DNA of 64,000 bases from Octopus sinensis (Eukaryota): the NCBI RefSeq assembly GCF_006345805.1, contig NC_043004.1, positions 69,192,001 to 69,256,000 of the forward strand. Reading direction: 5' to 3'. Both the position numbers and the translations under genes were made by a program. The notes beneath the pieces are model-generated. The model saw nothing but the letters and a program-made list of their open reading frames with translations, did not search any database and was not told the DNA's origin. Shown here in pieces: positions 38,264 to 51,374 of the stretch; positions within the stretch are counted from its first letter, which is position 1, and the number at the start of each line of letters is the position of its first letter.

Positions 38264-39760
38264 GAAGGTTCTAGATTAATACACGAGTAAATAAGGAGAG
38301 CCTAGTCTCTGTGTGCAAGTAAGTAGTAAGTTTATGCCAATCAGTGTGGAACTAATTAAGAAAGAACTATATTTCACGAAACGCGTGTTTTTAAGACACC
38401 TCGATGTGCGGCGCAACTCCTTCCCTGGCCGAGTTGGCTTGCTGCGCTGGTCGGTAGTTTCCCTGCTGCTTACGTTTGCTGTTGGAGCCGTGTTTGAACA
38501 GAAGAGAGGCCGCGTTTTATAACAGTATTCAGAATGATATGTAATTCTCCCTTTTGATTCTTGGCGTTTACTGTGCTGATGATGATTCATTAGTGGTTGG
38601 CACATATCAAACGCTGATTCTTTTTCCGTAGTTGAAATCGGCAAAGTAGAATAAATTACCTGCGAGGAAGAAATAAATAAATTTAAAAAAAAAACATTTA
38701 GGACGGATCTCATCATCGGAGAGAGAGGAAATGTTTACTTCCGGTAAAACACTGCGTAGGAGAAATATGAAATGGCAACTTGTAGTAAAACACTTCATCA
38801 GTGAGAGATTAAAAGGTCTACTTCATCAAAATACTTCGTTGCTAAGGGATAAAATGTAAACTTCTGGCATAACTCTTTATCTGTGAAAAATGAAATATTT
38901 ACTTTTTCGTTATATCTCGGATGCGTCGTTATCCAATATTAGACCCACGCAGTGGTTCTATTTCACTTCTTGTATTATTATTATTAGTCAATTCGTTAAA
39001 ATTTAGTCAATTAATTGTCTAATTAACCAATTAATTATCTAATCGATTATAAGATTAATTGTTCGGTCAATCAATCAGCTAAGTCCTTTTGTCGCCATTC
39101 GTGATCTCATCAATGACATGTCCTCTCTACTCCAGATCTTTGCAAACCAAATACAAAAATCGAAATAAAATGCTTAGTTCTAGCAGGAAAACCTCATCAG
39201 TGAAGGATAAAAACGTCTCCTGTCAGCCAAACAACTGCATCTCTTATGATAAAAGGCAGATTTTCTCTGCCTGTTACCATCAGTGATAAATAAAATGTTT
39301 ATTTACAGCAAAATACATGAAAATGTGTGCTTTCGGCAAACACTTCATGGGTGAGAGATGAAAAGTCTAGTAGTTGACGTTTTGTTTCTCCCTAATGCAG
39401 GTTTCTGCTGGAAACAATAGACTCACCTTCTTCCTCATGACAAAGCTTCTTACTCTGTTCGTTATGTTTTCAGTTAATATTTACCCGCGCCAATGGCCAC
39501 CACTAAGTTTCTCTGAAGTATACTCTTTCATCTAACAGAGTTTAGTTTCGTCCGTCTTTTGTATTCAATTCACGGAGGTAGGCGTGATCGTGTAGGTAAG
39601 AAATACTTTTCGTAATCGCATTCTTGCTGGATTCAGAATCCCCCTAAGACATTTTGGTAAATATTTTCTGCCATATATCATCAGATTGTCTCAAGCCGTA
39701 CAAGTGGGTTGCGCTGATTGAAATTCTAAAGCTTGTCGGATGCACTAGACCACTGACCCT

Positions 39761-39904
<144 letters not shown>

Positions 39905-39920
39905 ATATACATGTGAGAGT

Positions 39921-40232
39921 TGTGGCTTAGTGGCTAGGGTATTCAGTTCACGATCGTAAGGACGTGAGTTCAATTCCTGGCGGCGCGTTGTGTCCTTGAG
40001 CAAAACACTTTATTTCATATTTTCCAGTCCACTCAGCTGGCAAAAATGAGTAGTACCTGTATTTCAAAGGGCCATCCTTGTCACACTCTGTGTCACATTG
40101 AATCTCCCTGAGAACTACATTAAAGGTACATGAGTCTGTGGAGTGCTCAGCCACTTGCACATTGATTTCATGAGTCGGCTGTTCAGTAGATCGGATAAAC
40201 TGGAACCCTCGTTGGCGTATCCAACGGAGTGC
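39921..40232 (+). mobile_element. SINE family D
   Basis: GTGGCTTAGTGG...CACGATCGTAAG...GAGTTCAATTCC and the full body. Confidence 0.9.
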
Positions 40233-40234
40233 CA

Positions 40235-40277
<43 letters not shown>

Positions 40278-41420
40278 CATGTGTGTGTATGCATGTGTAT
40301 ATGTATACAGAGAGTGAGAGAGAGAGAGAGAGAAAGAGACAGGGAAAACAAGGAGAAGAAAATGGAGAATAAATGGATGTAATTACTGATTTGTTTGCAC
40401 GTTGTAGAAAGATAACGTTTTTTTTTAAAAGACATTACAAATAAATTGGAATTTGAAAGCTCAAAAAGGTTAAGAAAAAATGTGAAAACCTACATATATG
40501 TTTCTGTCAAACCAATAAGTAGTTGGGAATTTCGAAAACATGTTTAATGTCAAGAAAATTGCTACATTCATACTATTTTATGGTTGGACTTCTTCAGGGT
40601 TCAAAAAGAGCTGACTCCACTTAGGTAATCAATATATCTTTTGTGGGAATTGTGTAGTGTTAGCAGTTTGAAATGTAAAAAAAAAAACTCTTTAGAGATT
40701 CTATTTGATTGGTAGGTTTTGAATATTTGTGGATATACTATATACACATACAAAATAACATAATTAGTAAACAGATAAATAAATAGAAGAATAAAAAATA
40801 AAAAATAAGAAAATAAAAACAGAAAAATTTATATAAGAAGGAACTAAATTCTATGGATGATTCATATTGGTTTAGTGAGATATACATATGTTGTTACGAT
40901 TCAGGATGGATAGACATTTTAAAATCTCTTACTTACAGACCGTTATTGATTAGGGTACATAGGTGCATATTTGGATGCAGTTGACGAAAATAGGAAATGT
41001 GAAGGAATTCGAAAATTCTGTATTCGACCTGCTAGAAATAACAAAGTTTAATTTTCACCAGCTTAGTGTATTTATAGCTACATTATCAAATGTATGACTA
41101 GTAATGGAATACCTATGACCGTTAGTCAACTCGACCAGGGTCTTTGGGCTGGGTCTTAACAAAATACTAATATCGAATAACAGACAACATAAACCATTAA
41201 AAAATTGTAGGAAAAGGTTTCGTTTAAAACATAAAAATCTAAAAATTTGTGAGTGTGTGTATGGGTGGAGGCGAAATTTGAAAAGGTGTTTTTTTTTTGG
41301 CATATTCGTAATCTCTGACATCTAAAACGTAGAAATCTGAAAAAAAAAAATGTTAATACAATTTTCAAAGAGAGGTGCGATTCTACATTAGCATCAAATC
41401 TTTTATCAATTTCACTCATT

Positions 41421-41760
41421 AGACTACGGCCATACTGGAGCACCACCTTGAATAATTTTTAATAGACTTGGAATCAATCCCAGTACATATATTTTAAGCT
41501 TGGTACCTATATTTTTGCCGAGCTACTAAGTTACAGAGATAGAAATAAACTCAACACCGGTCGTCAGCGGTTGTGGGGGACAAACTCAGACACAAACACT
41601 CACGTATATATATATTACGGGCTTCTTTCAGTTTCCTTCTACCAAACCCTCTCACAAGGTTTTATTCGGTCCGAGGCTATAGTAGAAGATACTTGCCCAA
41701 GGTGTCACACAGTAGGACTGACCCAGAACCATGTTGTTTGGAAGCAAGTTTCTTATCACA
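41421..41760 (-). mobile_element. SINE family B
   Basis: GGCCATACTGGAGCACCACC...CGGGCTTCTTTCAGTTTCC...CCGAGGCTATAGTAGAAGATACTTGCCCAAGG. Confidence 0.85.
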
Positions 41761-42473
41761 TAAAATGTTTAAGTTCATCACTACAGATTTTCTATGGAAT
41801 TGAGTGCCGGCACTGAAATTAGAGGAATAAACTAACTTGCTTCCTTGTTTGTACACATGGTTGGTTCACTGCTATTTATAGAGAGAATTAGAGAGAGGGG
41901 GGGAGAAAGAGAGAGTCCTACTTAAGGGGAGAGAATCGCTATAAAGTTTCCTTTTTTTTATTTCCTCTTTTCTCAGATTACGTTTTCTGAAAGTTACTAT
42001 CACTAAATTTGTTAATGAATCCTTTGATCTTTTAGCTATGGAAACACTTTCAGACTATCTTTTCTTCAAAACTGAATTACCTCAGTGACTAAGAAACGTA
42101 AAGTAGATCAAAGTACAGAGTACGTTACTATTTCTATTTGGACGGAAAGTGAAACTCTACACAAATATCCGATGTTACTGTTACGAGCCAACGAAGAAGT
42201 GTCTTCTAATTGCCTCGACTGGCTTGGAATAAACGGCGAAATCTCTCTCAAATACCGCCTATTGGGCCGGGCTTGGCACCGTGGTTAAGAAAGCATGCGT
42301 CGTAAATATGTGGTGTCGGGTTCAGTTTCACTGTCTTCACTTCCACAGTTTAAGCAAATCTCTTCTACTTCATGTTATCCGGACAATCAGTGCCATGTTA
42401 ATACAATTTGGTAGATTGGTAGACAGAAACTGTATGGATGCCAGTTGCGCTATGTGTGTGTGTGTATTATATG

Positions 42474-42564
<91 letters not shown>

Positions 42565-42888
42565 GTGTGTGTATGTATGTATGTATGTATGTATGTATGT
42601 ATGTATGTATGTATGTATAGTGTTTGTGTGTATGTATGTATGTATGTATGTATGTATGTATGTATGTATGTATGGATGCATGTATGTATGTATGTATGTA
42701 TGTATGTACCCTGTTCAGTTCCCGTTTAAATTGCAAACAGATTTACAAATACTGGCATGTAACACAGTCAAATCATAAAATTGCTTGATTGTAATGTTAA
42801 GGTTAGATCAAAGTTGAATTGGTGGATGGCTGGAAGGACGAGAGGATTGCCGAAGTGCGACTATGAAACGATTGATGGTTGATTATTA

Positions 42889-43105
42889 TCAATTCTGCAG
42901 AGCCTCTTGATATACTATAGTTTTGGTCTTGCTCTCTGCAGTATAAATAAACAAATGATTTGGATTGCCGACTACTGAATATCCTACATACAGTTGGCCA
43001 TGGGAAAAAAAACCTCGAGGAAGACATGGTCCGACATGGAATAAACAGAAATTTGTATAAGACACTCTATTGCAAAAACTGCCCCGACAACGACGGGCTA
43101 TTCAT
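42889..43105 (-). pseudogene. C-terminal remnant of a Helitron Rep/PIF1-type helicase
   Basis: 42889-43005 on the minus strand reads SHGQLYVGYSVVGNPNHLFIYTAESKTKTIVYQEALQN*. This matches the Helitron helicase end motif FSHGQLYVA.SRV...L.I....KT.NIVY.E.L. Absent from the ORF track. Confidence 0.85.
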
Positions 43106-43107
43106 CT

Positions 43108-44820
43108 ATGGAAGAAAATAAAAAGCATTACATATAGTTTTATTGCTTCAGTGCGTTGGTAAAGTTTTAATAAATCTTAATACAGTTATTTGAAAACAAA
43201 TATCCTTTCTACTAAAGGCACGAGGCCTGAATTCGTGAGAGGGGACCAGTCGATTTACCTTTCATTTGTAAGTTTTACATCTGTTGTTGGAGATGTTGTA
43301 AAAGTTTTGATTGAGGATACGATAGTTAATCCACTAAAGCGCATGCGTTAACTGAAAGGTAAAAATTCAGTAAAAATATTCTCTCTCTCCCTCCCGCTCT
43401 GTCGCTCTCTGTCTCTCATATTCCCTATCTTTTTTTTTTTTTTTACATGTTTCAGTCATTTGACTGCGGCCATGCTGGAGCACCGCCTTTAGTCGAGCAA
43501 ATCGACCCCGGGACATATTCTTTGTAAGCCCAGTACTTATTCTATTAGTCTCTTTTGCCGAACCGCTAAGTGACGGGGACGTAAACACACCAGCATCGGT
43601 TGTCAAGCAATGCTAGGGGGACAAACACAGACACACAAACACATAAATACATATACATATATATATATATGTACGACGGGCTTCTTTCAGTTTCCGTCTA
43701 CCAAATCCACTCACAAGGCATTGGTCGGGCCGAGGCTATAGCAGAAGACACTTGCCCAAGATGCCACGCAGTGGGACTGAACCCGGAACCATGTGGTTGC
43801 TTAGCAAGCTACTTACCACACAGCCACTCCTGCGCCTATCTTTCTGTCTTTTCCCGTCTCCTCTTCTGCCCTCATTATGCCACCACATTTCCCTCAACCT
43901 AACACCTTTGCAAACTTCTCATTTTATTACATAATAGCCCAATCCCCGAAGGGGCCCATTAGTGATTTTTATTGAAATCCAATTAGCCTATAAACTGAAC
44001 TGGATGTTAGTTTAACATTTGTCTATGGAAGAAAATGAAGGACATTATCCATAGTTTTATTGTTTCAATACGTTAGTAAAGTTTTAATAAAACAAACATA
44101 AAAACACTTTACCTTTCACTGGTTAGTTTTATATCTGTTGTTGCAGATATTGTAAAAGTTTCGACTGAGCTTACGATAGTTAATTCACTAAAGCGTATGC
44201 GTTAACTAATAGATAAAATTCAGTAAATACATTCTCTCTCCCGTTCTGTCCCCATCTCTCTTTGCTTCTCACATTTCCTCTCTCTCCGTTTCTTCCTCTC
44301 TCGTTCCCTTCCCTGATATGAGCCAACCTCATTACAAAAAAACTGCACAAATCTGTTCTGATCAAGAGACCTATCTGCGGGGGTAAGACAGTATCTATAG
44401 TTTTATTATTTCAGTACTTCGATAAAGTTTCAATAAATCTTAATACGGTAAATACAAAACAAATATAAAAACACCTTACCTTTCATTTATTAGTTCTACA
44501 CCTGTTGTTGGAGATGTCATAAAAGTTTTGACTGAGCAGACGATAGTTAATTCACTAAAGCGCATGCGTTAACTGAAAGGTAAAAATTCAGTAAACACAT
44601 TCTCTCTCTCCCGCTCTGTCCCTGTCTCTCTCTGTCTCTCACATTCCCTGTCTCTGTTTCCTCCTGTATCTTCCCCTTCCTTGGTATCAGCCACCCTCAT
44701 TACGCCACCACATTTCCCTCAACCTAACACTTTTGCACCCTTCTCATTTTATCATATAATAGCCCCCCCCCCCCGTAGGGGATCCTTTAGCCTAATTGAA
44801 CTGTATGTTAGTTTAATATG
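43108..44820. repeat. Three diverged tandem copies of a unit of roughly 0.4-0.5 kb; copy 1 is interrupted by a SINE
   Basis: Shared blocks ATAGTTTTATT...TAAAGTTT.AATAAA, TTACCTTTCA, CACTAAAGCG.ATGCGTTAACT and CCACCACATTTCCCTCAACCTAACAC. Confidence 0.9.
43433..43836 (-). mobile_element. Full-length SINE family B with approximate TSD CCTATCTTT
   Basis: Complete from head to tail. CCTATCTTT at 43424-43432 and 43835-43843. Confidence 0.93.
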
Positions 44821-44873
44821 TTCGTGAAGATCGGTTCACTGGTTTAGGCAGTAAGATGGTAGCAGACAGAAAT

Positions 44874-44971
<98 letters not shown>

Positions 44972-45142
44972 ATGTATGTATATATATGTATGTATATAAA
45001 TTATAATTTAGGATATCTAGGAGATACAACCACGCTGGAAATAGCAGTCAAAACTTGACTCTAAATCCACATTAAAATGTTCATACAGCACCAGGAGAGA
45101 AGACAAAGAGACAAAATAAACTAGCAAAAAAATTACTGGATA

Positions 45143-45201
45143 ATTCCAGATCCCGGATTTCTGACTCTGCATTAGAAATGCTCTGCCTTCATCAGTTGAA
45201 T
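45143..45201 (-). ncRNA. Candidate type-I hammerhead ribozyme
   Basis: AUUCAA / CUGAUGA / A-GGC-AGA-GCAUU-UCU-AAUGC-AGA-GUC-A / GAAA-UCC-G-GGA-UC / UGGAAU. Both core strands are intact, the triplet is AUC, and helix I pairs 5/6. Confidence 0.55.
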
Positions 45202-45941
45202 ATACTCAGATAGCACATAAATACAAATATATATACAACATACGATATACTTACCTATACGAACGTATACATACATATATATGCACGTATGCACACGACC
45301 AGTTTATATGCATACATATATATGCATATGTATGCATGTACATGCATACATATACATATATAAATACATCATAGTGAAAGTAATAAAAATGAAACTACCA
45401 TATATATATAATGAAAGTATTAATAATTTCGTTATTAAAACTGATAGTATTATCCCACATTACAATGAATATGTTATTGTTTCACTTTCGACACGTCATA
45501 CTGAAATAGTGTAAGAGATAAGAGATTGCTTCGAGCTCGCATAAGGCAAGAAGTTGAAAATTCTGTTTGGCCCTTGACACTGCATGGATCCTATGTAAGG
45601 CATGTGTAATATTTGAATGAATTCGGTTGGGTTGTTCTTGAGTTTTAGAGGCGCACACATACATACAGACATTCTCAATTTTATATGTATATATATGTAT
45701 ATATATACAAGTATGTGTGTGTGTTTGTGCAGTTGCGTGCATCTGTGCGCGTGAATATGTGTACTTTTTTGCCTATGCTTCTCTCACATCGCCGCTTCAC
45801 AACCGGTTTTAGTTTGTTAGCGTCTCTGTAACATAATGGTTCGGCAAAAGAGACCGATAGAATAAATACTGGGGTCGATTTGTTGGGCTAAATTCTTCAA
45901 GGTGGTGCTACTGCATGGCTGGACTCTAATGACTGAATCAA

Positions 45942-45992
<51 letters not shown>

Positions 45993-46038
45993 TGCTAGCG
46001 CGGAAAACGGACGTTAAACCATGATGATGATATATATA

Positions 46039-46475
46039 TTGTTATTGTTGTTGTTGTTGGCATCCTTTTATCTCGGGAGACAATAGAGTTGCGCATAAAC
46101 TAATCCAGTCTGGTTTTTACATTTCATGTCCTCTCCAGTTTCCTCTCCAGTTTTGCGCAGGCCTGGGCTAGATGTAAGCAAATCCTGGGTAGCCCAATCG
46201 TCAGGATTCCTCTCTCGAACTTGCTGACGGAGTCCAAAGGAAGGTAGGACCCTACGTTGGGCACCAGCTTGGTTGCAGGAGCTGCCGGAAGAGTGTCAAG
46301 CCGAACACTAAACCGCCTACGGGGCTCCACTCCGGATTTCTTTGAAGGTTGTCTCCTTTCCGTAATCCTGGATAGGGGCCCATACTGGGTACTGTCAGCC
46401 GGAGCCAGCTGAGCCCGGAATTCGTGTCAGGCAGGGTCATCACTCCCTGAAGTAGTGAAGAAAATCGCTACCCAC
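46039..46475 (-). mobile_element. Non-coding element resembling an RTE 5' UTR joined to a (CAA)n tail
   Basis: GC-rich body (GCAGCTCCTGCAACCAAGCTGGTGCCCAACG...GCCCAGG..TGCGC) recalled from RTE 5' UTRs, ending GGATGCC(AAC)n. Inserted in (TA)n. Confidence 0.5.
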
Positions 46476-47870
46476 TATATATATATATGTGCATGTGTGT
46501 GTGGTTTTGGTAATGCAAACAGGAAAAATAGAGCTCAAAATATTAACATATGCATATTTTCATTAATATTTAGCAGAACAGAGTAACTCAAGGGAGGGCG
46601 GAGTGATTCGTGCGTTGGCACTTATCACTTAAACACCCACCACACAACTCGCTCTCTTTCTCTCCCTTTCACATACACACGCGCACACATATGCTTATGA
46701 AAGTATCTGTGTGTGCGTGTGTGTATCTTTATATCCATACATGTATTATATCAGCACATATCTGAAAGATCATATTTCATAGTCTCTTCCTCATAATCCT
46801 AATAAATCATTTTCCTTATTTCCTACAACTGTCTGCTATTGTGATATATTGATAATTATAAGTGAAGGCATTTGTACGGATCTCCTCAATGGTATGACTC
46901 ACTTCATCCTATCTCGTAATTCTATCTAAACTGTCCAAAATATATCGTATTTTTATTATTATTTATTTCGTAAGCGGCATACAATTGCGTCGTAAACTAT
47001 ACATGTTTTCAAGCGGACCAATTACATTGGTTTCCTGCATTTTTTGACAGTATGAGCGACAAGCTAAAGCAACGACGTGGCTATATTGTTAGGGCGTCGA
47101 ACAAAGTATTTTTTCCACCTGCTTATACACTTTGAGCTCAAATTTCCATCGAGGTCACCTTTGCTTTTCATCCACCCGAGGTGGGGCTTGAGGTTTCGTT
47201 GAATTGTCAGAGACTGGGCATCACTGTTTCGATTCTTGAATCCATAAAGCCAGTTACCCGGTTTTCATAGCGTGTAAGTGATTGGAGTCACAACATTTCT
47301 GCCAAAAGGGACACCGATCCGTCGCGGTGTGGAATGGAGCAAGGTGAAATGAAGTGTCTTGCTCAAGAAAACAACACACCTCTCAGTCCGTATATCGAAA
47401 CCACAATCCCAAGCTCGCGTGTGTGTTTTTGAGTCTGCGTTTGTCCCCCCACTACTGCTTGACAACCGGTGTTGGTGTGTTCACGTCTCCGTAACTTAGT
47501 GGTTCGGTAATAGAAACCGACAGTATAAGTACCAGGCTTAAAAAGGTAAGTAATAGGGTCGATTCGTTCGGCTACAATTATTCAAAATGGTGCTACAGCA
47601 TGGCCAATTAAATTAAAATGATATATACTATATGTAATATATGTGTGTGTATGTGTGTGCGCGTGTGTGTGTGTGTGTGTGTTTGTGTTTGTGTTTGTGT
47701 GTTTGTGTGTGTGTATATATATAGTCATTTATATCTATGTATATATGTGTTATATATATAATTAATATATATATATAATTAATAAAGATTTTAGAAATGT
47801 TTACTACCAGTGGCCTGGCGTACAGAAAAATTAGTCAATACACTATATATTACTCATACAAAATACAGTG

Positions 47871-47991
47871 TACATTTAAACACATTAAGAGGTATCCATC
47901 CTTACGCTAGAAGGAACAGCTTTGAACTTTAGCTGTTCCTTCTAGCGTAAGGGAGTTCTATGATGGATACCTCTTAATGTGTTTAAATGTA
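47871..47991. repeat. 121-bp near-perfect inverted repeat (51 paired bases)
   Basis: 47871-47900 pairs 30/30 with 47962-47991 and 47901-47921 pairs 21/21 with 47931-47951. There is a 9-nt loop and a 10-nt one-sided bulge. Confidence 0.97.
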
Positions 47992-47998
47992 TTATATG

Positions 47999-48142
<144 letters not shown>

Positions 48143-51047
48143 GAATAAGCATCGGGTAATGAAGAATTTTGTTTAAGAACACAACCCACCTCTCCTATCG
48201 GGGAATGAAAACCCCGATCGCAAGATCGCGAATGCAACAACCTACCTCTTAGACCACGCTCCTTCGCAAGTGATAAGGGTTGTGTGACTTGAATGAAGAT
48301 TATTGTCTCCTGTATATAGCTAGAATTACATTTTAAAGTAATTCGTAACAAAATTAAAGCTTGAGTGTTAATCCTGGCGCCCCGAATATGAAATATTTGT
48401 CCAATTTGAAAGTGAACACAACTCACATGGAGCTAATCCTCTTCTTCGTTTTCACGGATTGCATTTTCAAGTTACACACTACAGATCTTAAATTATTCGT
48501 GACGAATAACTCAGTCCCTACACTGACTATCAAAAATATGTTGAACCGTTTTGTCGAAGGAGTGGAAAATTTGAAGTGGAAACAACGCATTTGTTATGAA
48601 ATTACATTTTCAAATCATACAGACGTACTTATATTTTGAATATCGGATTTCGGGTATATCTCTTGCATAATCAACCGGTTTGTTACTGGAAAGCAACTGA
48701 AAAAAAGAATATATTTGAAATATTTGAATTTAAATTTGTTTCTGTGCAAATTAGAAGAGAATGTTGCTGTACTTGAGATGTTCATATTTTGCTAATTAAA
48801 CACACGCACAACATATTTGGCCTTCACTTCAGCTCTATTTTCATTATTTTAGCTTTTTGGTCAAAGCTCTTTCGTTACACATTCTATGAATTCTTGAGCG
48901 ACTCTCTATCCCACGTGTCTTCTCTTCTTCCATTTATTCCGTTTTGTTTTTCTCTGGTAAGAAGAGAATGGTTCTCTTTTTATATTCAACATGTTAAACA
49001 TCAAATGTAGACTAAAATCCCAATTGTGCATAAATAGAAATCACTACCGAGCAGTTATGCTCTGTTACAACGTGGTATTGCTTCCACTTTTGTTTCTTAG
49101 AGAACAAATATACTTCGCGAAGGAAGTAAAATTGCACTTATTCCTATATTAGAACGAATGGATATACTATGTATTGGAAGTTTGTAAGGAAGCAACCCGA
49201 CATGCGTATTTTTCGTGCAATTAAAATGATTGTACACTGACTCCTATATTAGCTCTTTCGACCAATATTTTAATTCAAGAAGAGAGTAATTTATACTTCT
49301 ACACATGCAACTAAGCGGTGGGGATGATTGCCTTAGTGTGTCTAGATACTTGTTTATGATTAGAGATTTGTGATCCTATACTAACAAACATCTTCAAGCA
49401 ACTTTAACAGAATTTTTATTAAAACCTTTATGTTTCTACGTGAAGGAATATGTATATCTTTATGAACTGGAGATATGTATCAAGGTTTAGAAATTCTTTT
49501 GCGTGCTTGTAGTCATCGATTCATACAATCAGAAGGATAATATCTTCATCCGTGTTTAGCGTATTTGATATTATATATAGTTACAGGTATTACCTCCTTT
49601 GGCCAACATATTTTTAAATGTTATGTCACACATTTTATTCCACTAATCTATCATATTTTGCCTAATAGTACGACCATAATTTTAAGGCTTCTGTCAGTTG
49701 CGGTTGACTACTTATCTTTACCTGAAAATTTTTTTTACAGAGACCAGGCTTAGGTGAGTCTTTCTGAAAAATGTCCAGCAGTTACTCATGCAACAAATCT
49801 CCCTTTTTTATTTGCCAAAGTTGTCCAAGGGAAAGTCAAGAACCGAGACAGCTCGCATTCGTACGTTATTGGTGGAATCAAAATCTAAAAAGCCAAAACA
49901 AATTCTACAAAGTATTTTGTGTAACACTAAAAATTCCGCCACTCCACCGCCATTGCCTGTAACTTTATTTTATTGACCTGGGAAAGGCTGAAAGGAAAAA
50001 TTAACCTCATTAGGATTTGAACTCATTTCGCAGTTGATTTGTGTGGCGTGGCTCTCAAGACAAATAATCAAAAGCGGTCCAACTGTGACCATATCTTCTT
50101 TCTAATAGTACATTGGACTAATTTATTCTATGTGTACCTTCCTTATTTAAGAATGTAAAGTGAGAATTGAAGGCGATTTGGCTGCTGTTTCATGCAGTTT
50201 GAGCGATTGAGTGGTAGTTTCTTCCCATTTTGTTTTGTGGAATGTGGATCTCAGTTTCATCTCTCGGTTGAATGCTATTCGCTCTATTTCTTACTCGTGG
50301 TTATATATACAGAGAAAAGAAGAACATTCAATTCAACACACAAAATATTATTTCTTCTCTATTATAAAGCTGATAGCTTTTCCTTCGTCAGAAATCAATA
50401 ATAGTTGTTTTGGCGTATCGTTGAAGTCTTTTCTTACACAAATTTGATGGTGATTCTAAATTATTAATGGTCTTTTTCCTATGTCGAATGCTGATTTTAA
50501 AAATAACTAGAAAGCAATTTGGAGTCGTGCCTATAATTAAAAACTGCTGTTAATTAGTTGAAAACGTAACGTTATTGACCGAGTTTTCAAGTCACCCAGT
50601 ATTGATATTGTCTATTCAACAGAATATTAAACAGATGTCTTCAGACTAAGAATGTGAAAGAATTGTTTAAAATTTATTTTAGTTGAAACTGGCCAAATTC
50701 TTAGCATGGTGAAGCTTTGGCAAATACGCACGACTACCGACGGCCAAAAAGAGTAGATGAACAAGGTAGAAATAGCAGTCAAACCTATCCCTCACAAATC
50801 AAGCTCTATTGTTTTAAAAAGGATATGTGATAAAATGGTCATAGAAAAAGACGGGGTAGTCATAGTTGGAGCTCGTTGACCATACAACTCTGTTGCTATT
50901 GAAATAGCTATAGAGGTTCTAACTGTGGCTGACCATCACTTAGATATACAACGACAGAGGTTCAGCTAACCGATGTGTATTGTGGGAGCTCTGACACATC
51001 CAAGCGAATGTTTGCGTTAACTTGCAGTGCTGAATACAAGCCTTAAT

Positions 51048-51374
51048 TAAAAAAAGACTCCGCCGGTTACGATGACGAGGGTCCCAGCTGATACGATCAA
51101 CGGAACAGCTTGCTCGTGAAATTAACGTGCAAATGGCTGAGCATTCCACAGACACGTGTACCCTTAACGTAGTTCTCGGGGATAATCAGCGTGACACAGA
51201 GAGTGACAAGGCTGACCCTTTGAAATACAAGTACAACTCATTTTTGCTAGCTGAGTGGACTGGAGCAACGTGAAATAAAGTGTCTTGCTCAAGGACACAA
51301 CGCGTCGCCGGGAATCGAACTCACAACCTTACGATCATGAGCCGAATGCTCTAACCACTAAGCCACGCGCCCTC
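51048..51374 (-). mobile_element. Clean SINE family D with 12-bp TSD
   Basis: TSD ACAAGCCTTAAT at 51036-51047 and 51375-51386. Head GTGGCTTAGTGGTTAGAGC...CATGATC...GAGTTCGATTCCC. Confidence 0.95.

Noticed and set aside
38780-39430. Repeated CTGATGA-containing blocks near 38797, 39195, 39340 and 39395
   Set aside because: No copy has CUGANGA, helix II, GAAA and NUH together. Probably a decayed repeat.
43040-43100. Hydrophobic PVVVGAVFAIECLI as a transmembrane exon
   Set aside because: Preceded by an in-frame stop and better explained as part of the Helitron helicase remnant.
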